A DNA stretch of 64,000 nt from Azolla caroliniana (taxonomy: Eukaryota > Plantae > Polypodiophyta), in assembly GCA_043228905.1 (NCBI GenBank), contig JBHGNT010000003.1, positions 19,592,001 to 19,656,000 on the forward strand, given 5' to 3'. Shown here in pieces: positions 39,206 to 48,750 of the stretch (positions are counted from its first letter, which is position 1; every line of letters starts with the position of its first letter). The position numbers and the translations under genes are program-made. Under the pieces are notes generated by a model that was not told the DNA's origin, did no database searches, and saw nothing but the letters and a program-made list of their open reading frames with translations.

Positions 39206-40349
39206 CATATATTATTTTGTTAACTTTTATAAATATGTATCTGCAACGGCCATATTAGAAAAGTTTGACTCGCGTCTCAATGAATGAAATAGGAACCTAA
39301 CCTACAAAGAGTGAATTGTAAAGCCCAACTTTAAGGGAAGCCCACGAGTTTATAAGGTTGAAACCATAAAAGCGCCTCATATGTTGTGTATGCATGATCC
39401 ATATACATTAAAAGTTGATGCATGACCCATCGAAAGCTTTTCATGGATCCATCTATAAGTATCCACCATTGTCACCAACATAAGCCATTCAAGAGTCTCT
39501 ACCATAACCTTTTTGCTTGACGTACCTTAAAGCCAAAAAGACTCATGATGGGCCACTTGAAGTTAAGGTGGGAAACACATATATATCTAATAATGGTCGC
39601 GATTGCTCCTTTCCTTTACTTAACCTTTACTTGACTCCTTGTGTAAAAATGGTCGTATCCTATGGGGGGGAATTCTCGAACCCACGAGAGGTGGCACCAA
39701 ATCATGGGGCTTTCTTTCTAGTTAATTTTTGCACCAAATATTTTTGGGAAGGAAAGAATAAAAATAAAGCTATGTAATGTTGTCTTGTGATTTTACTATA
39801 AATGTGAAATAATGTAGTAGTTCCCAAGTGAGTGTTGGTTATGTTAGTTTTTTTTTTTTTTGTTTTAGCTTTTTACTCTTTGTTTTTCAGTTATATTCTG
39901 TTATTGCTCTTTAGTTTCTATTTTTTTGCTTTTCTGCAATATTTTTTTAAGTTTTTTTTTTTCTTGTTTATATCAGTTTTTATTTATTTATTTTTCAAGG
40001 TTTTCCTATTTTTGGGGGAGGGGGGGATTTTTTTATTTTTTATTCTTTCTCCTTCGTGAAGCGCGTGGAAACGCAAAACGCAAAACGCAAACAAATTTAC
40101 GAAGGGAAACGCAGAGCGTCTTTCTTCTTCGCTTATATATACATATACAACACAGTTAGGGTTTCTGCTAACCCTAAAATTGGATCAGCAGAAAGCTTCT
40201 CCCTGTTCCCTCCCTCCCCCCTCAGATTCTTCTTCTTTCCAGCAGCCTCCAGCCTGAGTACAGACAGACAGACAGACATACATCAATCAATCAATCAATC
40301 AATCAATCAGGAAAGAACAGGAAAGGACAGGAAAGGACAGGGCTTATTT

Positions 40350-41165
40350 ATGGACGTGAGCAAGAACCTGATCGCCATTCTCAACGCGGTCACCGCCCTG
40401 CTGTCCATGGGCATCCTGGGCAGCGGGATCTGGCTGGCCACGCGATCCTCCTCCTCCATCTCCGACTGCCTCCGCGTCCTGCAATGGCCGCTCATCATCC
40501 TGGGAGGCCTGCTCCTGGCCGTGTCGCTGCTGGGCCTCCTGGGCGCCATGTCCCGGAACACCTGCCTCCTCTGCGCCTACTCCGCCGCCATGTTCCTGCT
40601 CCTGCTCCTCGCCTTCTGCTTCACCGCCTTCGCCTTCCTGGTGACCTACAAGGCCGCAGGACACTCCATATCCGCCAAGGGCTTCTTCAAGGATGTCCAC
40701 CTGCCCAACTACTCCTCATGGCTGCAGAGGCAGGTTAGCAGGGACAGCGTGTGGAGCAAGGTCAGGGCCTGCGTGGCAGATAGCCACGTGTGCCGTGACG
40801 TGGCGGCCGACAAGTACCCGCCCCCGCCCGCGTTCACATTGAGCAAGGCGCCCGGCGCCTCGCCCATCCAATCGGGCTGTTGCACGCCGCCCCCCGGCTG
40901 CGGCCTCGGGTTCGTCTCCGGCCCTACTACTACTACTACATCCTCCTCCGACACCTCCGATTGTGCGCTATGGAGCAATGCCCGGTCCGAGCTTTGCTAC
41001 TCGTGCGGCTCGTGCAAGGCGGGCGTTCTCGAGCAAGTGAGGAAGGACTGGAGGAAGGTCTTCATCATCAACATTGTCTTCCTCGCCTTTCTCGTGGCCG
41101 TCTATAGCGTCTCTTGCTGCGCCATCCGTAGTGTCCGCCGCGACAAGCGGTATGGCTATGTCTAG
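40350..41165 (+). CDS. TET: Tetraspanin (TET8-like), intronless, 271 aa
   Basis: Starts MDVSKNLIAILN by homology to the 21833 paralog; four TMs, YSSWLQ, GCCTPP, LCYSCGSCKAGVL. Confidence 0.95.
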   Translation: MDVSKNLIAILNAVTALLSMGILGSGIWLATRSSSSISDCLRVLQWPLIILGGLLLAVSLLGLLGAMSRNTCLLCAYSAAMFLLLLLAFCFTAFAFLVTYKAAGHSISAKGFFKDVHLPNYSSWLQRQVSRDSVWSKVRACVADSHVCRDVAADKYPPPPAFTLSKAPGASPIQSGCCTPPPGCGLGFVSGPTTTTTSSSDTSDCALWSNARSELCYSCGSCKAGVLEQVRKDWRKVFIINIVFLAFLVAVYSVSCCAIRSVRRDKRYGYV

Positions 41166-41800
41166 GGATACAATGACTGTGTCTAGGGATACAATGACTA
41201 TATCTAGGGACACAATGATTAAAACGAGCAACGTAAAATTTTGTTTGTCGGTTTTTTTTGACCCCTTAAAAGTGGTGTGCTCATTACAACTTACTTACTT
41301 ACTCAAACCATGAGCCTCCATGGATTCATTGTTAGTTTCATTGAGTAGTATGCTTGTTGATTTGACACGAAAATAGAGAAGTTGTGTTTCTCTATCTCAT
41401 CAATCTCAATAGTATGTATCATGAATTGTCACGGCTGAAATATGGTTGGCTCATAATATAATAAAGTAACAAAATTTTGATTTAAACAGTTTGTCTCAGT
41501 AGTAAAGTAACAAATTCGATTTGACAATCAAATGGAGCTCTCAACCAAAGTAATTATTAGGCTTTACCGTTTTGCTTATGGAGCAAACAATCGTTGTGAC
41601 TCGCGAACTAACAAAGTATGCACTTGTCAATAAAGCACGAAGACACTGACTATCGAAACAAGCTCATTCGATGAGGTTTCCGTATTGTGAAAATTCGGAA
41701 ACATATACCATGAAAACAATTGTGCACCCACTTGAGCTTAATTCGTGACAATATAAGTTGATGATGACATGATATACAGTAAACTTTAAAGCATTGATAC

Positions 41801-42075
41801 ATTGCAATGATACACGAATGAATAGAATGTAGTCATCAGAATCTAGTTGAAGTACATGATTGCAATGATACACGAATCAATAGAATGTAGTCATCAGAAT
41901 CTAGTTGAAGTACATGATTGCAATGATACACGAATCAATAGAATGTATTCATTGGAATCTAGTTGAAGTACATGATTGCAATGATGCACGAAATCAATAG
42001 AATGTATTCATTGGCACCTGGTTGAACTATATGAAAATGATGCACGAGTCAATCAAATATCTTCATTTGCATCTT
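41801..42075. repeat. 58-bp tandem repeat, about 4.5 copies
   Basis: ATTGCAATGATACACGAAT... recurs at 41801, 41859, 41917 and 41975. Confidence 0.9.
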
Positions 42076-42764
42076 GTTAGTAATCCAGGAGGCCTACTTG
42101 CAATGTCGATAAAAGTCAAGCAATAGAGCTAGTAACTTGTCACAGAAAATAATCTTCTCATCCCACTATCTCCATTGCCATATTTGTAAATTCGTACCCT
42201 TATCTTCTTGAACATCACCTTTTGATTGTTATCAATAGGGAATAAATATTATTGATTCGAGTATGTTGGGCATGTTACGGTGGATAGTTCCCAACCAGAC
42301 CAATCGGTGCAAAGTCTTTACCATGTGCTCTATTGGGTTTACTAATCCAACTTATATCCCACAATGTTTCATTCCCTAAACTTAGGAGAACCCAAGTCTG
42401 AAGAACAAACCCATATAACTCAGTGCATCATCTCTCACATATCATATAGTATGTGTTTCTCTACTAATTATATATAAAAACATGGCATTTGCTTAATCTC
42501 ATTACAGTCTTCTTAAATTTACTGTTCTCAGAATCTCGTTCCTAATGTCACTGACGTTTTGTAGATATTTACTTTCAATTAAGACTTAAAATGCTTTAGT
42601 AAGGCGGCTCCCTTGAAACAAAGGGAACTCAAGAAGAAGAAGAAGAAAAAGAAGAAAGCAAAAGAAAAAGGATGGATAAGGGAAGAGGTGTGTTTTGATT
42701 TGATTTGATTTTTTCGTTGGAGTGGAGAGGGGTAGTTTTGTAATTTTAGGAAACAAGTGTTGGA

Positions 42765-42864
42765 NNNNNNNNNNNNNNNNNNNNNNNNNNNNNNNNNNNN
42801 NNNNNNNNNNNNNNNNNNNNNNNNNNNNNNNNNNNNNNNNNNNNNNNNNNNNNNNNNNNNNNNN
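42765..42864. other. Assembly gap (100 N)
   Basis: Run of exactly 100 N. Confidence 1.
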
Positions 42865-45817
42865 GCATGTAACCGGTCACGGAGCTATGCGTCGTCCGAT
42901 CCGCCCATAGTGCATACGGAAGCATTTGTGGCCAATCCTTCACCCTTCCGTCGCATGCCTTCGCAAGTGCTTTCACGATCGGACTATGTCCTCGTTCGAT
43001 CTTCCCGTTGGCCTCCGGATTGTAGGCCGTTGTCAACGTTAACCGAACTCCATGTTTGGCGAAGAATCCCCTAGCTTTGTCCGAGTCGAGTTCTCCCCGG
43101 TCCGCAATCACTTGTCCTACGCAGCCGTACCTACAAAACACTTCTTCCAAAAGAAATTGGCACACCGCGGCACACGTTTTCCTCCGAAGCGCTCGACCTT
43201 CAACTTGGTTTGTGAGATCTTCTCGAGCTAACACCAAGTATTTCTTTCGTCCAATCCCGGTCGGCATAGCTACAATGTCGACCATCCACTTGAAGTTGAT
43301 TGTCGGTGAGAATGTCGGATGCAGCTCATCTCGGTGTCGGACCCCGGAGTAGACTTGACATTTCTCGCAGCTTTCTGTGAACTCCGCGACATCTTTATAC
43401 ATGTTCTTCCACCAATATCTTTGCTTGATTTTCACAAAAGTTGCCCATGTTCCTCGATGTCCAGCCCAATCGGATTCGTGGAACTCAGACATTATCCGGT
43501 TTCGTTGTTCTTTCATCCCGACTACTCGAAGTGGTATCCCATCCGGTCTTTTCGGCGTCCTCCATATTAAACCGTTTTCCAAGAAGAACTTTTGGACTTG
43601 CCTCTTCTTCCTTCGGATCTCGGCTCTCCTTTCTTTATCATTGGTTGAATCCTCGACCTCTTGTAGCATCTTCCCGATCATCAAGGTTTCCCCCTCGTAT
43701 TCTTCTTCCCGGAATTCTCGGATCACGTTCACTCGGCATATGTGTTCCGACGTGAAGTAGTCTTCGGAAACTTCTTCATTATCTGATTCGGTTATGTCGT
43801 CTTCAAACCGCGCCCTCGATAACATGTCCGCTACCGCGTTGTCCTTCCCCGAGATGTGTCGAACCTCCGGATTAAGTGACTTGACATATGCAATCCACCT
43901 TAGCATAGCCACATCCGGTATCGTACAACACCGCATCATCCCGAGTATCGGAAGACAATCCGTCTCGATCACCACTTCAGCTCCGATCAAATAATCCCGA
44001 TCCGATTTTATCGCCGACACGACTCCCCACAATTCTCTTTTGACTTGTGCATATCCGCGTTGCCTTTCGTTGAGGACCTTTGCTCCAAATCGGATCGGAT
44101 ACCGCGAACCATCCGAGTCGGCTTGATTGATGACCCACCCGATACCGGTTGGACTTGTATCAACCGTTACTATGATTGGCCGCTCGTAGCTTGGCTTCTT
44201 AAGTGATTCCGCCCTCCATAGTGTCTTCTTGAGCTTCCTCATGGCTTTAGTGTGTTCCGGTTTCCACTCGAATTTCTTACCTTTCCGCAACAAGTGATAG
44301 AGCGGGTCCGCTATATGTGCATAGTGCGGAATCCATATGTGATAGAATGCACACGCACCTAGAAACCTTCGGACTTCCGACGTTGACTCACATACTTCCT
44401 TCATAGCTTGAATCGCATCGATCTTTGTTGGTGACGGTCTTCGGCCGTAGGGTCCACATAGATGTCCGACCACCAATATTTCTTCTTGCCCGAATGCCGA
44501 TTTCTCCCCGGAAAGTGTTAGGTGCACATCTTCTAGCTTTCGCAACACTTTCTCGCAATCATGAATATGGTCGACCACGAACTTTCGGCATCCCCGATCA
44601 TCCATAGTCTCATCTTTTTCTTCCACCGCGCATCCTTTCATCGGAATGTCATCTAGAAACGGCATCGTTATCTCCGGGATGCAATCTCGAAGCACCTTGT
44701 TCATCGCGTTCATCATATGTGCAACCGAGTTTGTCGCTCCTTGTGGTAGTGTGCACATTCGAACTAGTCCTATCGGTGTCCGCATGGTAGTGATGTCTCG
44801 GCTCTCCACGGCTAGTTGGAATTGGTCATACCCCGAGTATAGGTCCCCGATGGAGTATATCGCACGTCCGGCAAAAGCTTCCGCGAATTCGTCCACTATC
44901 GGACCGACTCCCGAGTTCCGGATCGTGACCTTGTTCACCGGTTGCAAGTCTTGGATGAATCGGAGTGACCCATTCTTCTTCGGAACCGTAAACCATCGAT
45001 TTGAGTACGGAGCACTTGATGGCTCTAGAATCCCCATCGCCACCTTCTCCTTGAGCAAGTCGATGACTTTCGGAATATGCGCCCGTGGCACCGGAATCGG
45101 CTTCAGGTTCCACGGTACATGATCAATCGTGAAAATCACCATCGGCTCCACTATCTTTGGATCAATGCATCCGATCTCCCTCGATGCGAACGCGAATGCT
45201 TTGCCGTGTTGCTCCAACATCTCTCGAAACCGTTTTTCTTCTTCTTGTAAGAGGAACCCACCTCCACCGATCCGAAGTTTCTTCCGGGTCTCATCTGTGA
45301 AGGCATGTCCGATATCCACGGACTTCCGAAGTGTCGGATCTCCCGAGACTTCTTTCTTCTTTTGTTCGCTATCGGCGGGTAGTGGTCCCGCGGCCGGTTT
45401 CACCTTCTTCTCCACGGTCTTGTATTTCGTACTTACCATTGCTTCTTCTTTGCGGAGCGCATCCGGCCCCATTTTCGCAATGATCTCGTACATCTCGACC
45501 GATTCCACCGGGACTACCCGGTTCCCTTGGCTTTTATCTTCCGCAAGCTCTTCAAGCCGTTGTAGTGTATTCCCATAGAACACTTCCTCGATCACTCCCA
45601 CGATTTCTTCGTCTTCTTTTATTATTGATGCCGACCGTAACTTATCCTCCACTTGTCGGTATTGTTTCTTCATTCCTCCGGTTACGGCCGTGTACGTAGA
45701 TGCCCCATCCGGCCCGATTCGTACTTGTTTTGCTCCGAGAGTTTTCTTCCTGTGTGGGGTATCAGGGCTTCTCGGACTATCACTCCCCCACTCCGCAACA
45801 GTCCGCTTTAAAAATCC
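42865..45817 (-). CDS. Pol (RT-RNase H-integrase), probably reached by -1 frameshift
   Basis: DLYSGYDQ, LPQGATNS, PFLDD, VDTSPTGIG, HHCC, VDIV/ADRG/KIERG; frame open from the slippery site to the gap. Confidence 0.9.
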
Positions 45818-47847
45818 ATTCTCACTTGGGACAAGAGTTCCCTCTTGTTCCTTTCGTGATTTGCCGGCACCGTTAGGAATTGGACGGATTTCCCTCCGTT
45901 TTGGCTCCGAATTCGCGCAAAAGCCGCACCACTATCGAGCACCTTCGTCTCCATCCGTGAAGCCGTGATAAAGGGTTGGCCGAGGATGACAGAATGTGAA
46001 ACCTCATCCTGCACAAAGAAATTTTGGTCAATTTCGACATCCCCGATCTTTACCGTCACATCCGGACAAGCCGCAAATAGGTCTTCTGTCGTTTTCGTGG
46101 CTGCCCGAATCTTCCATCCATGGTTGGTGTTTATAGGCCACTTCCCCTTTCGGTAGAACTCCTTGGACATCAAGTTGATCTCCGATCCGTGATCAATCAA
46201 TGCTAGCACGGGTTCTTTGATGTTGCCGATTCGGACCGGAGTCTCCGTAGTCGCACGTGCCCAGTGTGGCTTTGTATAGTGGGAGTTCGGAATTTCGCCT
46301 TCCACTTCGGTGTCGTTCATTGAAACGGTATTTGCATTCACCCTTGGAGCATTTTCCTCCGTACTTTGTCTCTTCCTTTTTACGAGATCCACGAGAAGAT
46401 CGTGAAACTCCTTCTTCGCTATTCCGAGTAGTTCCCGCAGCGAAAAATCTACCCGGCTATCCAAGATTCTTTCCTCGAACACTCTTTTCAAGTCGGTTTG
46501 TTGTTCTATGTCCGAGGCGAGCTTGAATGACGGAGTCGCCTTTTCTTTTCCCTTACCTCCGGAGTTCCAGCTTTCCGGTATCTTCGATGGCCCGGCCGCA
46601 TCCTCCGTGCGCCGTCGTTTCTCGTCCACATACACCTCATGTAATTGACACAGGGCGTATATGCTATTCTTGTCAACAGGGCACTCCCATCCCGTAGCTT
46701 CCCGGACGCCTTCCGCGGTGTTTCGGATATCGTTGGAGTCGGTTTTCTCGGTGTTTCCTAGCACCTCCGGCCAGAAAGACGCCTTCGCTTCCGTTGACTC
46801 CCCGACACATATTCCCGCGGTTGTCGCATAGTTGCTTCTTGCCGCTAACTCCTCCTCGAGCACCTTCTTCATGCCGCCTTTCCGGAAGTTCGGTCGGAGT
46901 GGCTTCCGAGAGTCCATCGAATGAATCCGGTTTCCCTCGTAGTAGATGAGATCCCGTCGTAGCGCCTCCTTATGGTCGTCGCAATCCCTCCGATCGTGTT
47001 CGGCGCTATCGCACCATATGCACCGTCGATCCGTATATTTGGAGCTTGTGGGGCGGTCATCCGACTTCTTCACCATCGCGATCTTTAGATTCTCCATCTC
47101 CTTCAGCAGCTGCTCCACCGTAGACGCGTCGACTCCCTTCTCGGCCGTAATCTCCCGAGCCCTCGGTTGATGGTCTTCCAATCCCGTTCTCGGTTTCGGA
47201 ATCGGTTCCGAAACCCTCTTTTCTTCGTTGGCAAGCCATTGCCCCCTCTTCGTGTACCGCGCGACGATATCCCGCACGCTTTCCCATGTTTCGGTGAGGC
47301 CGCTTTCAGTGGTCGTGTCCTCAAGAAGCACTCCGAGATCTTTCCGGTCCCGGACGTCCACAGCTCGCAAAAACATGATGACTTTGTCCGGTGCAAGAAT
47401 AGTTTGATCTCTCGCGGACAACCTCCCGAACCGACTTTCGAATGTCGAAAACACTTCGAGGACCTTCAGCCCCTTACCTGACGTTTCCACCCAATCCTCG
47501 AATCCCCTCCGCGTTGCCTTGGAGGAGTCCTCGATGGCAAACGTGGTCTTTAACGCCTCTTCGAATGCTTCCCACGTCGGATTTTGTTGTTGCAACCCGT
47601 GGATACTCCCTTGAAGCCCGTCGGTCGCCACCCGGTTAAAGGATGTCACTTGCAGTCCTTCCGAAGCCCGGCACCGGAGCATCTCCGCCTTGTAGTCCTG
47701 CAAATATCGCGACACATCCTTACCATTAAATTGCCCGTTGCGTTGCACGAGCCGCTCTACTGATGCCGAAATCTCCGACATCGTGCGTTGTTCTTGAAGC
47801 ATCCGTTCGAACATCGCCATCATATTGTTAGCTTGTTGAGCCTCCAT
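45808..47847 (-). CDS. Gag-protease polyprotein
   Basis: First ATG after PBS (MEAQQ); FNGKDVSRYL, CIWCDSAEHDRRDC knuckle, protease ALIDHGSEIN...ILGQPF. Confidence 0.9.
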   Translation of the reverse strand: MEAQQANNMMAMFERMLQEQRTMSEISASVERLVQRNGQFNGKDVSRYLQDYKAEMLRCRASEGLQVTSFNRVATDGLQGSIHGLQQQNPTWEAFEEALKTTFAIEDSSKATRRGFEDWVETSGKGLKVLEVFSTFESRFGRLSARDQTILAPDKVIMFLRAVDVRDRKDLGVLLEDTTTESGLTETWESVRDIVARYTKRGQWLANEEKRVSEPIPKPRTGLEDHQPRAREITAEKGVDASTVEQLLKEMENLKIAMVKKSDDRPTSSKYTDRRCIWCDSAEHDRRDCDDHKEALRRDLIYYEGNRIHSMDSRKPLRPNFRKGGMKKVLEEELAARSNYATTAGICVGESTEAKASFWPEVLGNTEKTDSNDIRNTAEGVREATGWECPVDKNSIYALCQLHEVYVDEKRRRTEDAAGPSKIPESWNSGGKGKEKATPSFKLASDIEQQTDLKRVFEERILDSRVDFSLRELLGIAKKEFHDLLVDLVKRKRQSTEENAPRVNANTVSMNDTEVEGEIPNSHYTKPHWARATTETPVRIGNIKEPVLALIDHGSEINLMSKEFYRKGKWPINTNHGWKIRAATKTTEDLFAACPDVTVKIGDVEIDQNFFVQDEVSHSVILGQPFITASRMETKVLDSGAAFARIRSQNGGKSVQFLTVPANHERNKRELLSQVRMDF

Positions 47848-47863
47848 CTCCTTGCCACCCGTC

Positions 47864-47881
47864 TTCACGTCGGGTTCACCA
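47864..47881 (-). promoter_or_regulatory. Primer binding site for tRNA-Trp
   Basis: TGGTGAACCCGACGTGAA, 4 nt after the LTR, complementary to the plant tRNA-Trp 3' end as recalled. Confidence 0.9.
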
Positions 47882-48539
47882 ACTGTGTCGTGCCTTTCGG
47901 CTCCGGATCGTTGCGTGAGTCGGGTGGGAACCACAGAGGTCTTGGACTAGGAGAAAGAAGTTCAAGAGATAGAGATTAATTATGAGTAAATAGCAAAGAG
48001 AAAGATAAGAAACTCGTGAATCACACGAGTATACTATATTAATTGGTACTTAGGGTGTTAAGAGAGAAGTAGACGTATAAATCGTGAATCCCACGAATAA
48101 TTTTTGTATTGATTAATACTTAATCCAAATAATCAACAACCACTACAATGTGCTCCCCATCCTTATATAGTGATGGGAGAGACTAAGCATAGCTACATGC
48201 TTTTTCTCATATGTTCATGCACCCTAAATGTGCATGTGATGCTTTTTTTTTTATTATTATTTCCTAAGTATAGGGCTCACGCACGCTAGATGTGCATGAG
48301 TTATTTTTTTAGTGTCTCGTGCTTTTTCTTTTTCATATATTAAAGAAATACACGATTTACCTTTTAATAAAGGTATGCATAAATAAAGGTCTTATACATA
48401 TTAAATCTATATTTAAAACACTTAAGATAAGTTAATGTAATGGTAAGGTTGGGGTTTGTCAACGTGGAGGTGCAGAGTTCGAATCACGCCCTGCGCAGTA
48501 GTGAGTATTTCCTTTCTTTTTACATTTATGTCTCTTTAT

Positions 48540-48672
48540 CCGGCTCTTCCTTGCCGGTATGCCGTTTTTCCTCCTTGCCGGTATGCCGTTTTCCTCCTTG
48601 CCGGTATGCCGTTTTTCCTCCTTGCCGGTATGCCGTTTTCTTCCTCCTTGCCGGTATGCCGTTTTCTTCCGG
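48540..48672. repeat. 23-26 bp tandem repeat in gypsy U3
   Basis: CCTTGCCGGTATGCCGTTTT, 5 copies. Confidence 0.9.
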
Positions 48673-48750
48673 TTCTCACCGAGCACTCCATTCTCTATCC
48701 GGAGGGACAAAAATATAATTTCCACATAGTGTGCAACCTACACTACGACA

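Larger units (their letters stand above)
42865..48750 (-). mobile_element. Young Ty3/gypsy element (DUF4100-type gag, tRNA-Trp PBS); 3' end lost in the gap
   Basis: 5' LTR 47886-48750 (TGTCGT...ACGACA), PBS, uninterrupted gag-PR and RT-RH-INT ORFs; inserted in copia integrase. Confidence 0.95.

Noticed and set aside
40056-40349. 98-aa N-terminal extension of the second tetraspanin
   Set aside because: GTG start, simple repeats (TCAA, GACA), and the paralog starts at the ATG equivalent to 40350
41801-42075. Regular repeats (also 19866-20005, 48540-48672, 59930-60160) as CRISPR-like arrays
   Set aside because: Head-to-tail units without unique spacers, no cas genes, eukaryotic context
42746-42864. 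Pol ORF running through to 42746
   Set aside because: Artefact of translating across the N gap; the two sides may not be contiguous
47848-47934. GTG start of gag and TGGTTCCC as PBS
   Set aside because: Lies in the LTR/PBS leader; the tRNA-Trp match at 47864-47881 is the better PBS
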